The notes beneath the pieces were generated by a model. It made no database searches, was not told the DNA's origin, and was given only the letters and a program-made list of their open reading frames with translations. From the human T2T-CHM13v2.0 reference genome, Homo sapiens, in NCBI RefSeq assembly GCF_009914755.1, contig NC_060927.1: a DNA stretch of 64,000 bases, one strand, 5' to 3'. This document shows, piece by piece, positions 41,476 through 55,436 of the stretch. The translations under genes and the position numbers were made by a program. Every line of letters begins with the position of its first letter. Positions within the stretch are counted from its first letter, which is position 1.

Positions 41476-44400
41476 ATGACAGGTTGAAAGTAAATGTATG
41501 AAAAATATGCCAGAGGCTGGCCAAGATGGCCAACTAGAAGCAGCTAGTGTGTGCCGCTGTCATGGAAAGAAATAGAAGGGGTGAGTAAATACAGCACTTT
41601 GATGAAAACATCCAGGTTCAAACATTGAGATTCATCAAGAAAACAACTTGATACAGGAAAAATGAAGAAAAATAAGGCAGGAGGACTGTCCACTTGAGAG
41701 TGACATGGAACCAGGGGAGCCTCCCCTGCCCAGGGAACTGGTGAGTGAGTGAGCAACCCCAGGGATCCATGCTCCCCCCATGGATCTTTGCAACCCTTAG
41801 GTCGGGAGATACCCTCATGAACCCACTCCACCAAGGCCTGCAGTCTGACATGCAGAACTATGTGGAGTCTTGGCAGAGCAGTCACTCAAGTACATGCAGA
41901 GCCCAGGGAGCTTTACACACCAGGGATTCCCAGCAAAAGTGGCTGCAACTCAAGCAAAGCAAGAGGTTATACTCCCATACAAACCCCTTGGAAAGGGGCT
42001 GAATCCAGGGAGCTGAGGAGCTGTGGTCTGCAGGCTCTGCTTCTACGGCACCTCATAGGTTAAGACTTGCTGACTGGGAACTCCAGCCAGCCAGTGTTAC
42101 AACTCCCTGAGACGAAGCTCCCAAGAGGTAGGAGTGGGCTGCCATCTTTGCTGTTTTGCAGCCTTAGCTATTATTTCCTTCAGTCCAGCCACCCTACAGA
42201 AAGCAGCTAGACTGCTATTTTTACGCAGGTCCCTGACCCTGCTTCTCCTCACTAGGTAGGACTTCCTGACCAGGGTTACCAACCACCCTTACTGGTGTTT
42301 TCCAGCTGGTAGTGGTTCTGAGATTCCCTGGAACTGGGCACCATCTTTGCTGTTTCACAGCCTTAGCTGTTGTTGCCTGCAGGCTCTAGGGAGTCCAAGG
42401 TGACTAGGTCCTGGGGCAGTTCTCCAGCACAAAGCAGCAGCTCTACAAAGAAGTGGCCGGACTGCTTTCTCACATGGGTCTTGGGTCTCGTTTCTCTTCC
42501 CTGGGAGAAATCTCCCAACTGAGGTCTACAACCATCCTTGCCAGTGTTTTCCATCTGCATCAGTGTCAAACCTCCCTGGGATGGAGCTCCCAGAGGGAGG
42601 GCCAGGCTACCATCTTTGCTGTCTCTCAGCCTTTGGCATTGTTGCCTTTGGGATTTGGAGAGTACAAATCGACTGGGGGCTGGAGTGGACCCCTAGCACA
42701 AACTGCTCCACAAAAAAAGTGACCAGACAGCTTTTTTACATGGGTCCCCAATGCCATTCTTCCTCACTGGGTGGAACCACCCAACTGGGGTGTCCAGTCA
42801 CCCCCACCAGTGTTTTCTGGCCAGCAGCAGTTTCAAACCTTCCTGGGACAGAGCTCCCAAAGGGAGGTGTGAGCTGCAATCTTTGTTATCTAGCCGCATT
42901 AGCTCTTGTTACCTTCAGGCTTTAGAGAGTCCAAGGCAACCAGGGGCTGGAGCAGACCCCCAGGAAAGCACAGCTGCCCTACATAAAAGCAGTCAGACTG
43001 CTGTTTTACATGGGTCCCTGATCCCATTCATCCTCAGTGGGCAAGATCTTCCAACAGGGGTCTCCAGCCACATCCTGCTGGTGTGTTCAGGCCAGTAACA
43101 GGTTCATACCTCCTGAGAAAGAGTTCCCAGAGGGAAGGCAGGTCCCCATCTTTGCTGTTTTGTAGCCTTCACTGTTGTTACCTTCAGGGCCTGGAAAATT
43201 TGAGGTGACTAGGGACTGGTGTGGATCCCCAGCATACTTCAGCAGCCCTACAGAAAAATGGCCAGACTGTTATGTAGGTCCTGATCCTGTATCTCCTTGT
43301 TGGCAGGTCCTCCCAGCCTGGGTCTTCAGCCACCCCCTGCTGGGGCTATCAAGCCAGTAGTTCCTCTGTAACTCCCTGAGACAGAGCTCCCAACGGGAAG
43401 TGCAGTTTGTCATCTTTGTCATCTCATTACTATCTCTAGGCTCTGAAGTGTCCATGAGGACCAGAGGCTGGTTGAGACCCTCAACGCACAGCACCCACCT
43501 CACAGAGAAGTGGCCAGACTGTTCTACACACAGGTCGCATCCTCACTTCTCCTCACTGGGCAGGGCTGCCTGACCTGAGACTCCAGCACAACCACTCTGC
43601 CTCCAGCTTGCCACTTGAATCAGAGGCAGCCCAGCAATCAAAGGAACATGTAAATGAAGAGAAGAGAAAGAACCAGCACAAGAAGACTAGCAACTCAAAT
43701 GGCCAAAATGTCTTATGTCCTCTAAATGACTGCACTCCTTCTCCAACAAGGGTTTTTAACCAGGCTGAGTTGGCAGAAGTGACAGAAATACAATTCAGAA
43801 TGTGGATAGGAACAAAGATCATCAAGATTAAGGAAGATAGCCAAACCCAATCAAAGAAAAATAAAAATCATAATAAAATGATAAAGGAGCTGACAGACAA
43901 AATAGCCAGTATAAAAAAGAACCCAACTGAACTGATACAGTGAAAAACACGGTACAAGATTTTCACAGTGCAGTCACAAATATTAACATTAGAATAGAAA
44001 AAGCTGAAAAAGGAATCTCAGAACTTGAAGACCAGCTTTCTGAAATAAGACAGTCAGACAAAAGAATGAAAATAAATGAATAAACCTTCCAAGAAATATG
44101 CGATTATGTAAAGAGGCCAAATCTATGAATCACTGGCACCCCTAAAAGGGAGGGGGAAAAAGCAAACAACTTTGAAAACTTCCCCAGCCTCACTAAAGAG
44201 GCCAACAGTGAAATTCAGAAAATACAGAAAAGCCCTGCAAGATTCTACACAAGAAGATCATCCCCAAGACATATAATCATCAGATTTTCCAAGGTTGAAA
44301 TGAAACAAAGAATGTTAAAGGCAGCTAGAAAGGAAGGGCATGTCTCCTACAAAGAGAACATCATCAGGCTAACAGCAGACCTCTCAGAAGAAACACTACA

Positions 44401-45023
44401 AGCCAGAAGACACTGGGGGTCTTTATTCAACATATTTAAAGAGAAAAAAATCTGCAACCAAGAATTTCATACTGAATCAAAGTAAGATTTCTAAGCTAAA
44501 GAGAAATAAGATTCTTTTCAGATAAGCAAAAGCTGAGGGAGTTTGTTACCACCAGAATCACCTTACAAGAGATCTTGAAAGGAACAATAAATATGGAAAG
44601 ACCATTACTAGCCAACATAAAAACACAATTAAGTACACAGACCAATGACACTATAAAGCAACCACACAAAAAGCCAACATAACCAGCTAACAACACAATG
44701 ACAGGATTAAACCCACACATAAATATTAACAATGAATATAAATGGGCTAAATGCCCCATTTAAAGGCACAGAGTGGCAAGCTGAATAAAAAAGCAAGACC
44801 CAAGAGTATGCTGTCTTAAGGTGACCCACTTCGTGTGCAATGACACCCGTAGACTCAAAATAAAGGGAGGAAAATCTACCAAGCAAATGGAAATCAGGAA
44901 AACAGCAGGGGTTGCAATTCTTATTTCAGACAAAACAGACTTTAGACCAAGAAAGATATAAAAAGACAAATGACATTACATAATGATAAAGGGTTCAATT
45001 CAACAAAAGACCTAATTATCCTA

Positions 45024-45478
45024 AATATATATATATATTTTATATATATAAATATATATATTTTATATATATAAATATATATATTTTATATATATAAATA
45101 TATATATTTTATATATATAAAAATATATATTTATATATATAAATATATATATAAAAATACATATATTTATACATATATAAATATATATATAAAAATACAT
45201 ATATTTATACATATATAAATATATATATAAAAATACATATATTTATACATATATATAAATATATATATAATTATATATAAAATATATATATAATTATATA
45301 TAAATATATATAATTATATATATATAAAATTATATATATGTATAAATATATATATATAGAACTTGAAGACCAGCTTTCTGAAATAGGACAGATAAAAATA
45401 AATAAAAAAGAATGAAAAGAAATGAATAAACCTTCCATTTATAAATATATATATAAACATACATATATATATATATCT
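45024..45478. repeat. (TA)n-rich minisatellite expansion within L1 ORF2
   Basis: Grown from the L1 'ctaaatatatatgcaccc' site; repeating units such as atatatattttatatatataa and aaaatacatatatttatacatatataaatatatatat. Confidence 0.93.
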
Positions 45479-46243
45479 ACACCCAGCACAGGAGCACCCA
45501 GATTCATAGAGCAAGTTGTTAGAAAGCTACAAAGAAACTTAGACTCCCACATAATAATAGTGGGAGACTTCAACACTCCACTGACAGTATTAGGCAGATC
45601 ATAAAGGCAGAAAATTAACAAAGATACTCAGGACTTGAACTCAATATTGAACCAAATGGATCTGATAGACCTCCACAGAACTCTGCACTCTAAATAACAG
45701 AATATACATTCTTCTCATTGACACATGGTTTGAAATCAACCACAATCAGATATAAAACAATCCTCATCAAATGCGAAAGAACCAAGATCATACCAAACAC
45801 ACTCTCAGGCACAGTACAATAAAAATAAAAATCAAGACTGAAAAAAGATCACTCAAAACCATGCAATTACATGGAAATTAATCAAACTGCTCCTGAATGA
45901 CTTTTGGGTAAACAATAAAATTAAGGCAGAAATCAAGAAGTTTTTTGAAACTAATGAGAACAAAGATACAACATACCAGAATCTGTGGGACACAGCTAAG
46001 GCAGTGGTAAAAAAGAAATGTATAGCACTAAATGCCCACATCAAAGAACTAGGACTGTTTTACATGAACAACCTAACATCACAACTTTTAGTTGAATAGG
46101 AAAGTTGAACATTCAACTTTTGTGAATAGGAGAATCAAAAGCGAACCAACCCCAAATCAAGCAGAAGACAAAAAATAATCAAAATCAGTACTGAACTAAA
46201 AGAGATCAAGAGAAAAAAAAAAAAACATTAAAAATATCAATGA

Positions 46244-46541
<298 letters not shown>

Positions 46542-49500
46542 AGAAATCAAAGAATCCACATGTTGGTTTTTTGAAAAAATTAATAGGATAGATAGGCCAC
46601 TAGCTAGACCAATAAAGACGAAAAGAGAGAAGATCCAAATAAACACAATTAGAAATGACAAAGGGGATGTAACCACTGACCCCACAGAAATAAAAACAAC
46701 CCTCAAAATGTGTTATGAACACCTCTATGCACACAAAGTAGAAAACTTAGAAGAGATGGATAAATTTCTGAACACATACACCCTCTCAAGACTGAACCAG
46801 GAAGAAATTGATTTACTGAACAGACAAATAATGAGACCTAAAATCGAATCAGTAATGAATAGCCTACCAACCATAAAAAGCCCAAACTAGACGGTTTCAC
46901 AGATGAATTTTACCAGATGTATAAATAATTGCTGATACTATTCCTACTGAAACTATTCCAAAAAATCAAGGAGGAAGGACTCCTTCCCAGCTAATTCTAT
47001 GAAGCCATAATGATTTTGATACCAAAACCTGGCAGAGACATAACAAAGAAGAAAACTTCAGCCCAATATTCTTGATGAACATTGATGCAAAAATCCTGAA
47101 CAAAATAGTTGCAAACTGAATCCAGCAGTACAACACAAAGCTGATCTATCACGATCAAGTAGGCTTTTTCAGTGGGATTCAAGGTTTGTTCAACATAAAC
47201 AAATTAATAAATGTGACTCATCACATAAACAGAACTAAAGACAAAAACCACATGATTATCTCAATAGATGCAGAAAAGGCTTTTGATAAAATTCAACATC
47301 ATTTCATGTTAAACCCTCTCAATAAACTAGCCATTGAAAGAACACACCTCAAAATAATAAGACCATTTATGACAAACATACAGCCAACATCACACTGAAT
47401 GGGCAAAGACTGGAAAGATTCCCACTGAGAACCGGCACAAGACAAGGATGCTCTCTCTCATCACTCCTATTCAACATACTATTGAAAGTCCTGGCCAGAG
47501 CAATCAGGCAAGAGAAAAAAGCACATCCAAATAGGAAGAAAATAAGTAAAACTATTTGTAGATGACATCATTCTATATCTAGAAACCCATAGTCTCTACC
47601 CAAAAGCTGCTTGATCTGATAAACAACTTTAGCAAAGTTTCAGGATACAAAATCAACATACCAAAAATCAGTAGAATTTCTATACACCAACAACATCCAA
47701 GCTGAGAGCCAAATCAGAAGCACAATCCCATTCACAAATGCTGCAAAAAGAATAAAATCCTAAGAATAGAGCTAGCCAGGGAGGTAAAAGATCTCTAAAA
47801 TGAGAACTTACAAAAACACTGCTCAAAGAAATCACAGACAACACAAACAAAGGGACAAACATTGTATGCTCATGGAAAGGAGGAATCAGTATCATTAAAA
47901 CAGCCATATTGCCCAAAGCCATTTACAGATTTAATGCTATTTCTATCAAACTATCAATGACATGCTTCAAAGGAGTAGATAAAAACTATTTTAAAATTCA
48001 TATGGAACCCAAAAAGATCCTGAATAGCAAGGCAATCCTAAGCAAATAAAACAAAGCTGGAGGCATCACATTACACAACTTCAAACTACACTACAGTGCT
48101 ACAGCAAGAAAACAGCATGGTACTTGTACAAAAACAAACACATAGTCAGTGGAACAGAATAAAGAGCCCAGAAATTAAGCTCCACATCCACAACCATTTG
48201 ATTTTCAAGAAAGCTGACAAAAACAAGCAATAGGGAAGAGACTCACTACTCAATAAATGGTGCTGGGATAACTGGTTAGCTGTATGCAGAAGATTAAAAC
48301 TGGACTCGTTCCTTATACTGTATACAAAAATCAATTCAAGATCGATTAAAGACTTAAATGTAAAACCCAAAACTATAAAAACCATGGTAGACCAGCTAGG
48401 TAACATCATTCTCGACATAGGAATGGGCAAAAATTTCATGACGAAGATGCCAAAATAATCACAGCAAAAGCAAAACTTGGTAAGTGGCATTTAATTAAGC
48501 TTAAAAGCTTCTGCCCTGCAAAAGAAAACATTAATATCAATAGACAACCTATAGAATGGGAGAAAATTTTTGCAAAGTATGCCTCTTACAAAGTTCTAAC
48601 ATGTAGTGTCTATAAAGAATGTAAACAAATTTGCAAGGAAAAACAAACAACTTTTTAAACAGTGGGCAAAGGACATGAACAGACAGTTTTCAAAAGAAGA
48701 CATGCATGTGGACAAGAAGCACATGCGAAAAAAGTTCAATATATTGATCATTAGAGAAATGCAAATCAAAACCACAAGGAGATACCATCTCACACCAGTC
48801 AGAGTGGCTATTACTAAAAAGTTAAAAATTAACAGATGCTGACCAGGTTTTACAGTAAAAGGAAAACTTATTCATTGTTGGTGAGAGTGCAAATTAGTTC
48901 AACCACTGTGGAAAGCAGTGTGTTGATTCCTTAAAAAGCTAAAAACAGAAATACCATTTGACCCAGCAATTCTATTGTTGCGTATATACACAAAGAAATA
49001 TAAATCATTCTATCATGAAGACACATGCACATGTATTTTCATTGCAGCATTATTCACAATAGCAAAGACATGTAATCAGCCTAAATGCCTACCAATAGCA
49101 GAATGGATAAAGAAATTGTGGTACATACACACAATATGGAATACTATGCTGCCATAAAAAGAATGAGATAATGTCTTTTGCAGGAACATAGAGGGAGCTA
49201 GACACCATTATCCTTAGCAAACTAATGCAGGAACAGAAAACCAAATATTGCATGTTCTCACTTATAAGTGGGAACTAAATGAGAACACATGAATGCAAAG
49301 AGGAAAGCAGCACATACTGGGGCCTACTTGAGGGTGGAGGGTGGGAGGAAGGAGACTATCAGAAAAAATAACTATTGGGTACCAGGATCAGGACCTGGTT
49401 GATGAAATAATCTGTATTCTAAACCCCTGTGAAACATGTTTACCTACATAACAATCCTGCACATATACCTGAACCTAAAATTAAAATTAAAGATTAATAA

Positions 49501-50938
49501 ATACATATAAAAGCAACAGAGAGAAAAAGGAATAAAGAAAAATTAACAACAAAAAATGAAAATATGCCACTTAAACACTAAGATAAAAAATCTTAATGTT
49601 CAGATCATGATTCGTTGTGTGAAATATACCATATACAGTAAGACTAAGAAATCTGGTGTGGCTATAGTAATATCAAACAAAATGGACTTCAAGACAAAGA
49701 ACATCACTAGAGAAAAAGAAGAACATTTTACAATTATGAAAAGATTGATTCATCAGAAAATCATAACAATTATAAGTGTATATGCACCCAAAATAGGATT
49801 TCAAAATATGTAGGGTGAAACCTGATAGACCAAATGGAGATGCAATCTACCTTTATAATCAGAGATCTTATATAACACATTACTAAACAACTGTGTGTGT
49901 ATAACACTACAGCAGCAACTGTACATGGTCTTTGCATGTGCACATAAATTATTAACCATAATAGACTACATACCAGGCCATAAAAATTTTTCAAAATATT
50001 AAAGGATTAAAATTATAAAGAATATATTCTCTGGACACAAGTGTATCAAATTAGAAATTAATAAATATATATATATAATCCTCAAATATTTGGAATGTAA
50101 CTAAAAATTTCTAAATAACCTATGAGTCAATGAATAATTAGTAAGGGAAATTAGAAAATACTATGAAATAATAAAAAGCTATCAATATTTGTGGAATTCA
50201 GTTAAAGGTAGACTAGAAGGAAGTTTATAGTTTGAAATGCTTATATTAGAAAATAAATGATCAAAGCTTCTAACTTAAGAATCTAGACAAAGCGGAATGA
50301 ATTAATCCAAAGTACACGGAAAAAGGAAACAATGAAGATAAAAGCCAAAATCAGTAATATATAAAACAAGCAACCCAAAACCAAAACGTCAAAAGTGGGA
50401 TAATTAAAAAGATTAATAAACTTGACAGACTTCTAGGAAAGGTGATCAAGAGAAAAGAGAGAAAAAACAAATTGCCAACATCAAGAACAAGAAGGGGACA
50501 TCACCAGAGATTCTACAGGAAATAAAATAATAATAATAATAATGAACAATTTTATGCCAATACATTCCACAAGTTTGATGAAGTGAACCAAAAGTATAAA
50601 CAGCACACTTAACTAAAGTGACATAAGTAATAGGACAGCTAAATAACCCCATAATTACAAAAGTAATTGAGTTTATACTAAACAGCTTCCTACAAAGTTA
50701 CTCAAGGCTCAGATGGCTTTACTGAAATTTTATAAAATATTTAAGTAATAAATAATCCCAACTCTACACAAATTATTTCGAAAAGTGAAATAGGAAGAAA
50801 CACTACTCCATCTTTTTTGTATGACCAGTATAAGTCTGATGCCAAAACCTGGCAAAGATATTACAAGAAAAAAATATAGACCAGTATATATTATCATCAC
50901 AGATACAAATTCTTTAACAACATAGAGACAAATTGAGG

Positions 50939-50940
<2 letters not shown>

Positions 50941-50975
<35 letters not shown>
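50941..50975. repeat. (CA)n microsatellite
   Basis: Pure CA run. Confidence 0.95.
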
Positions 50976-50979
<4 letters not shown>

Positions 50980-53900
50980 GATGCATCCTGAACAGATGGA
51001 TTTTATCATGGGTATGCAAATGTGCTTGAACATTTTGAAAATGCAATTAAAGTAATTCACCATACGTTAGAATAAAGGAGAAAGGCCATATAATCAACTC
51101 AATTGATGTAGAAAATAATATCTGACAAAATGGAATATACATTCTGAATAAAAACTCAGCAAATTAAGAATAGAAGGAACTCTCTTTAACCTAATAAAAA
51201 ACATCCTCAGAAACCCTATAGCTAACATTTTTAATTGTAAAATATTTTATGCTTTCCTTTTTTCTTTCCTAAACAAAGCAAAAACATCTTGGTTCATCAT
51301 TTATGTTTAATATTTTCCTGTTGTTTCTCTCTTGTGCAATACGACAGGAAAAGTAGAACTGTGTTATTTGTAGGCAAAATTATTATATATGTAGAAAATC
51401 ACATGGAATCTTCAAAAAGACAAGAACTGCTAAGTACATTTTGTAAGATTTAAGGACTCAAAGTTAATTCACAAAAATCAAGAGCAATTTTAGATACAAA
51501 TGATAAAAAATTAGAAAACAAAATTTAAAATATCATTTACAATGCTGTCAAAGAATATTAAATATATAGGCAATAATTTATTGAAAATATGCAAGATTTT
51601 CGCAGTGAAAACTACAAAACATTTCTGAGAAAATTAAATAACGCAAATAAATAGAGACCCACGCTTATGTTCATTGACAAAACATAGAGTTTTAAAGTGG
51701 TCTGTTCTCCCCAAATTGACCTATATATTCAATATGGTATCTATCATGTTGCAAAGAGCCCATTTTAAAGTCATTGGCAAGCCGATTCTAAAATTCGGGT
51801 GGAAATATGAAGGATCTAGAATAGCCAAAATCATATATATATTTAAAGTTAGAGGACTCAACATTACCTAACTTCAAGACTTACTATAGGTTATAGTAAG
51901 TCAGTATAATAATTAGCTTAAATATATAATCTATGGATCGGTAGAACAGAATAGAGTCCAGAAACAGACAATACATATAGTGTCAACTAATCTTCAGACA
52001 AGGCATTGAGTTCACTTATTGAAGGAAAGGAAAGCCTTTTTAATAAATGGTGCTGGAACAACTCAACCCTTATATTTTGATTTTAAAAATTAGATGAATC
52101 TTAGACTTAAATATAAAACCTAGCACCACGATGCATAGAGGAAAAATAAGAATAATATCTTTGTAAATTTGGGGGCATGAAAAGAGTTTTCAAAAGGGTA
52201 CGGAATCAGTAATCCTAAAAGAAAGAAATATGAAATTCATCAAAATTAAAATGTGCTGCTCACTAAAAGAAACATTTTCAAGAAAATCAATAGGCAAAAA
52301 ACATTAGGAGAAAGTTTTCATAGCACATATATTTGAAAAGAAATTATATCCAGAATATATAGAGAATTACTACAAATCAGTAATAAAAATTCAACCTGAT
52401 TACAAAATGGGTAAAACAATTAGGCAGCTATTTCACAAAGAAGAAATATAAATGGCTAATAAGTGGATGAAAATGTGCCCCAAATGTCCAAAAACATTTT
52501 ACAAAAGAATATTTTAGCAATCTTTATAGTCATAATTGTCCCCAAAAGTAAATAACACAAATATTCATCAATGGGAGAATGAAGAAGCAAAATGTCATAG
52601 TCACACAATATAATGCTACTGCGTAATATAAAGAGAGAAATAACTGATAAAGGCAATAACATGAATAAATTTCAAAAACATTATGAGGAGTAAAAGAAAC
52701 AGCAAATAAAAACGTATTTGCTGATTTATTTTATTTATATAACTGCCAGGAATAGACAAAATTAATTTATGGTGAAAGAAATCAGGTGGAAAGATGGACA
52801 ACTAGAAGCAGCTAGTGTGTATGGCTCTCATGGAGAGGAACGGAAGGGGCAAATAAATACAACATCTTCAGCTGAAACATCCAGGTAATAATCACACTGG
52901 AACTAATCAAGGACATTTTTTAATTACCTCCCTTGGTGTTCTCTGGCTCACAGAGATTTGTAACCTCCCTTGGATACAGCTCCTAGAGGGAGGGGCATGC
53001 CACCATTTTTACTTTTTGGGGGACATAGCTGTTCCAGCCTTCCAGCTTCAAAGTGTCTGAGGCAACCGGGGCTGAAGTGGACACAGCACAACTGCTCTTC
53101 TTTTTTAAGCAGGTTCCCAATGGTGTTCCTCCTCACTGGGCGGGACCTTCCAAGTGGGGTCTCCAGCCACCTCCTACAGGTACCTTTGGGCCAGCAACAT
53201 GCCCATACCTCCCTGGAACAAAGCTCCCAGAAGGAGGGACAGGCTGCCATCTTTGCTGTTTTGCAGACTTCACCAGTGATACCTCCAGATACTGGAAAAT
53301 TTGAGGTGACTAGTGACTGGAGCAGGCCCCAAGCATATGGCAGTAGCCATATGGAACAGCCCTATGGAACGGTGGCCAGACTGTTATGCAGGTACCTATT
53401 CCTATATCTCCTCACTGGGCAGGTCCTCCAGGCTTGGGCCTCCCACCAGTCCTCACCAGAGTTATTGAGCCAGTAGCAACTCAGCAACTCCCTGGACAGA
53501 GACTCCAGGGGCAACTGAAAGCCTCTCTGCCACCACTCCCTCTGTAGTGGAACTGCTCTTGCCACCCTTGGACTAATGAAGGAGCAAAAATCCAAATTGC
53601 CTTATTCACACCTACAACAATCTGCAGTTGACCCAAGGAGAGGAGGCCAGTCCATCTCCTACAGGGTCCAAACACTCTGAAGTGCTTGTCACCAGACAGG
53701 GAACCCCTTGCTCGGGCCCACAGCACAGACCCTCCACCCTGGGCTGATTGCACTGAGTGAATACTGATCTGTATCTCTCTGGAGTAGAGTCCCCAAGAGA
53801 CAAACAAACAACCCTTGGCCATTACCACTACTAAGATCCCTTCCTCTGTTGCCTCCAAGTTAGAGAAGGAACATAAACACTGAGATTGCCCCAGAGAGTC

Positions 53901-54356
53901 AGTGGGCAGCCCAGAAGTGCCAAGTCACAGACTACAGCCAGCACTCAACAAAGACAGTAACCCTCACTTTCTGACCATTTAGAGAGAAAATGTCTGTAAC
54001 TGTGAGGAACCACAAGGGAGCCACACAACCAAGCAAGAGTCTACCAACTGACCAGTAAGCCTAATTGCCATCTGCTGGATCACACCCCAAAGCTTCAGCA
54101 GCAAAATACCTAACTAACAGACTCCCCTCTGAAAGCAGAGATGAGAAGTCAGCTTTAAATAAATATACTCTACAAAGCCTTGGACCAATAAAAAACATCT
54201 AGAAAAGAAGTCTATTGACTGTACTCGATCTACACTGCAGTTAAGGGAATACCCCACACGCAGAGATCAGAAAGAACTAACACAAGAACTCTGGTTATTT
54301 AAACAGCCTGAGCGTCATATGTCCTCCAAATGACTGCACCAATTCTCCAACAAGAG

Positions 54357-54387
<31 letters not shown>

Positions 54388-55117
54388 GGCTGAACTGGCT
54401 GGAATAACAGAAATAGAATTCAGAATATGGATAGAAACAAACATCATAAAGATTCAGGAGGATGCAAAACCCAATCCAAAGAAAATAAGAATCACAAAAA
54501 AGTGACAAAAGCTGAAGGACAAAATAGCCAGTAAAAAAAGAGAACATAATGGGTTTGACAGAGCTGAATAACACAATACAAGAATTTCACAGTGCAATCA
54601 CATGTATTAACAGCAGAATAGAAAAAGCTGAAAAAAAGAAGCTCAGAACTTGAAGACTGGTTCTCTGAAATAAGACAATCAGACAAAAAGAAAGAAAAAA
54701 AAGTAGTAAATAAAACCTCCGAGAAGTATGGGATTATGTAAAGAGGCCAAATCCATGAATGATTGGCATCTCTAAAAAGGGGAATGGGAGAAAGCAAATA
54801 ACTTGGAAAACATATTTCTGGATATCACTTATGAAATCTTCCCCAACCTTGCTAGAGAGGATAAAAGTCAAATTCAGGAAACACAAAGAACTCCTACAAG
54901 TTTCTACACAAGAAGATCATCCCTAAGTCAAATAATCATCAGATTTTCCACAAATGAAATGAAAGAAAGTATGTTAAAGGCAGCTAGGCAGAAAAGGCAG
55001 ATCACCTTGAAATAGAACCCCATCAGCCTAACAGCAGACTCTCAGCAGAAACCTACAAACCAGAAGAGATTGGGGCCCTACATTCAACACTGTTAAAGAA
55101 AAAAAAAAAAAATCTTT

Positions 55118-55436
<319 letters not shown>

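Noticed and set aside
42100-43600. Spaced repeats resembling a CRISPR-like array
   Set aside because: Degenerate units with homologous spacers inside an L1 5'UTR in primate DNA; no cas genes.
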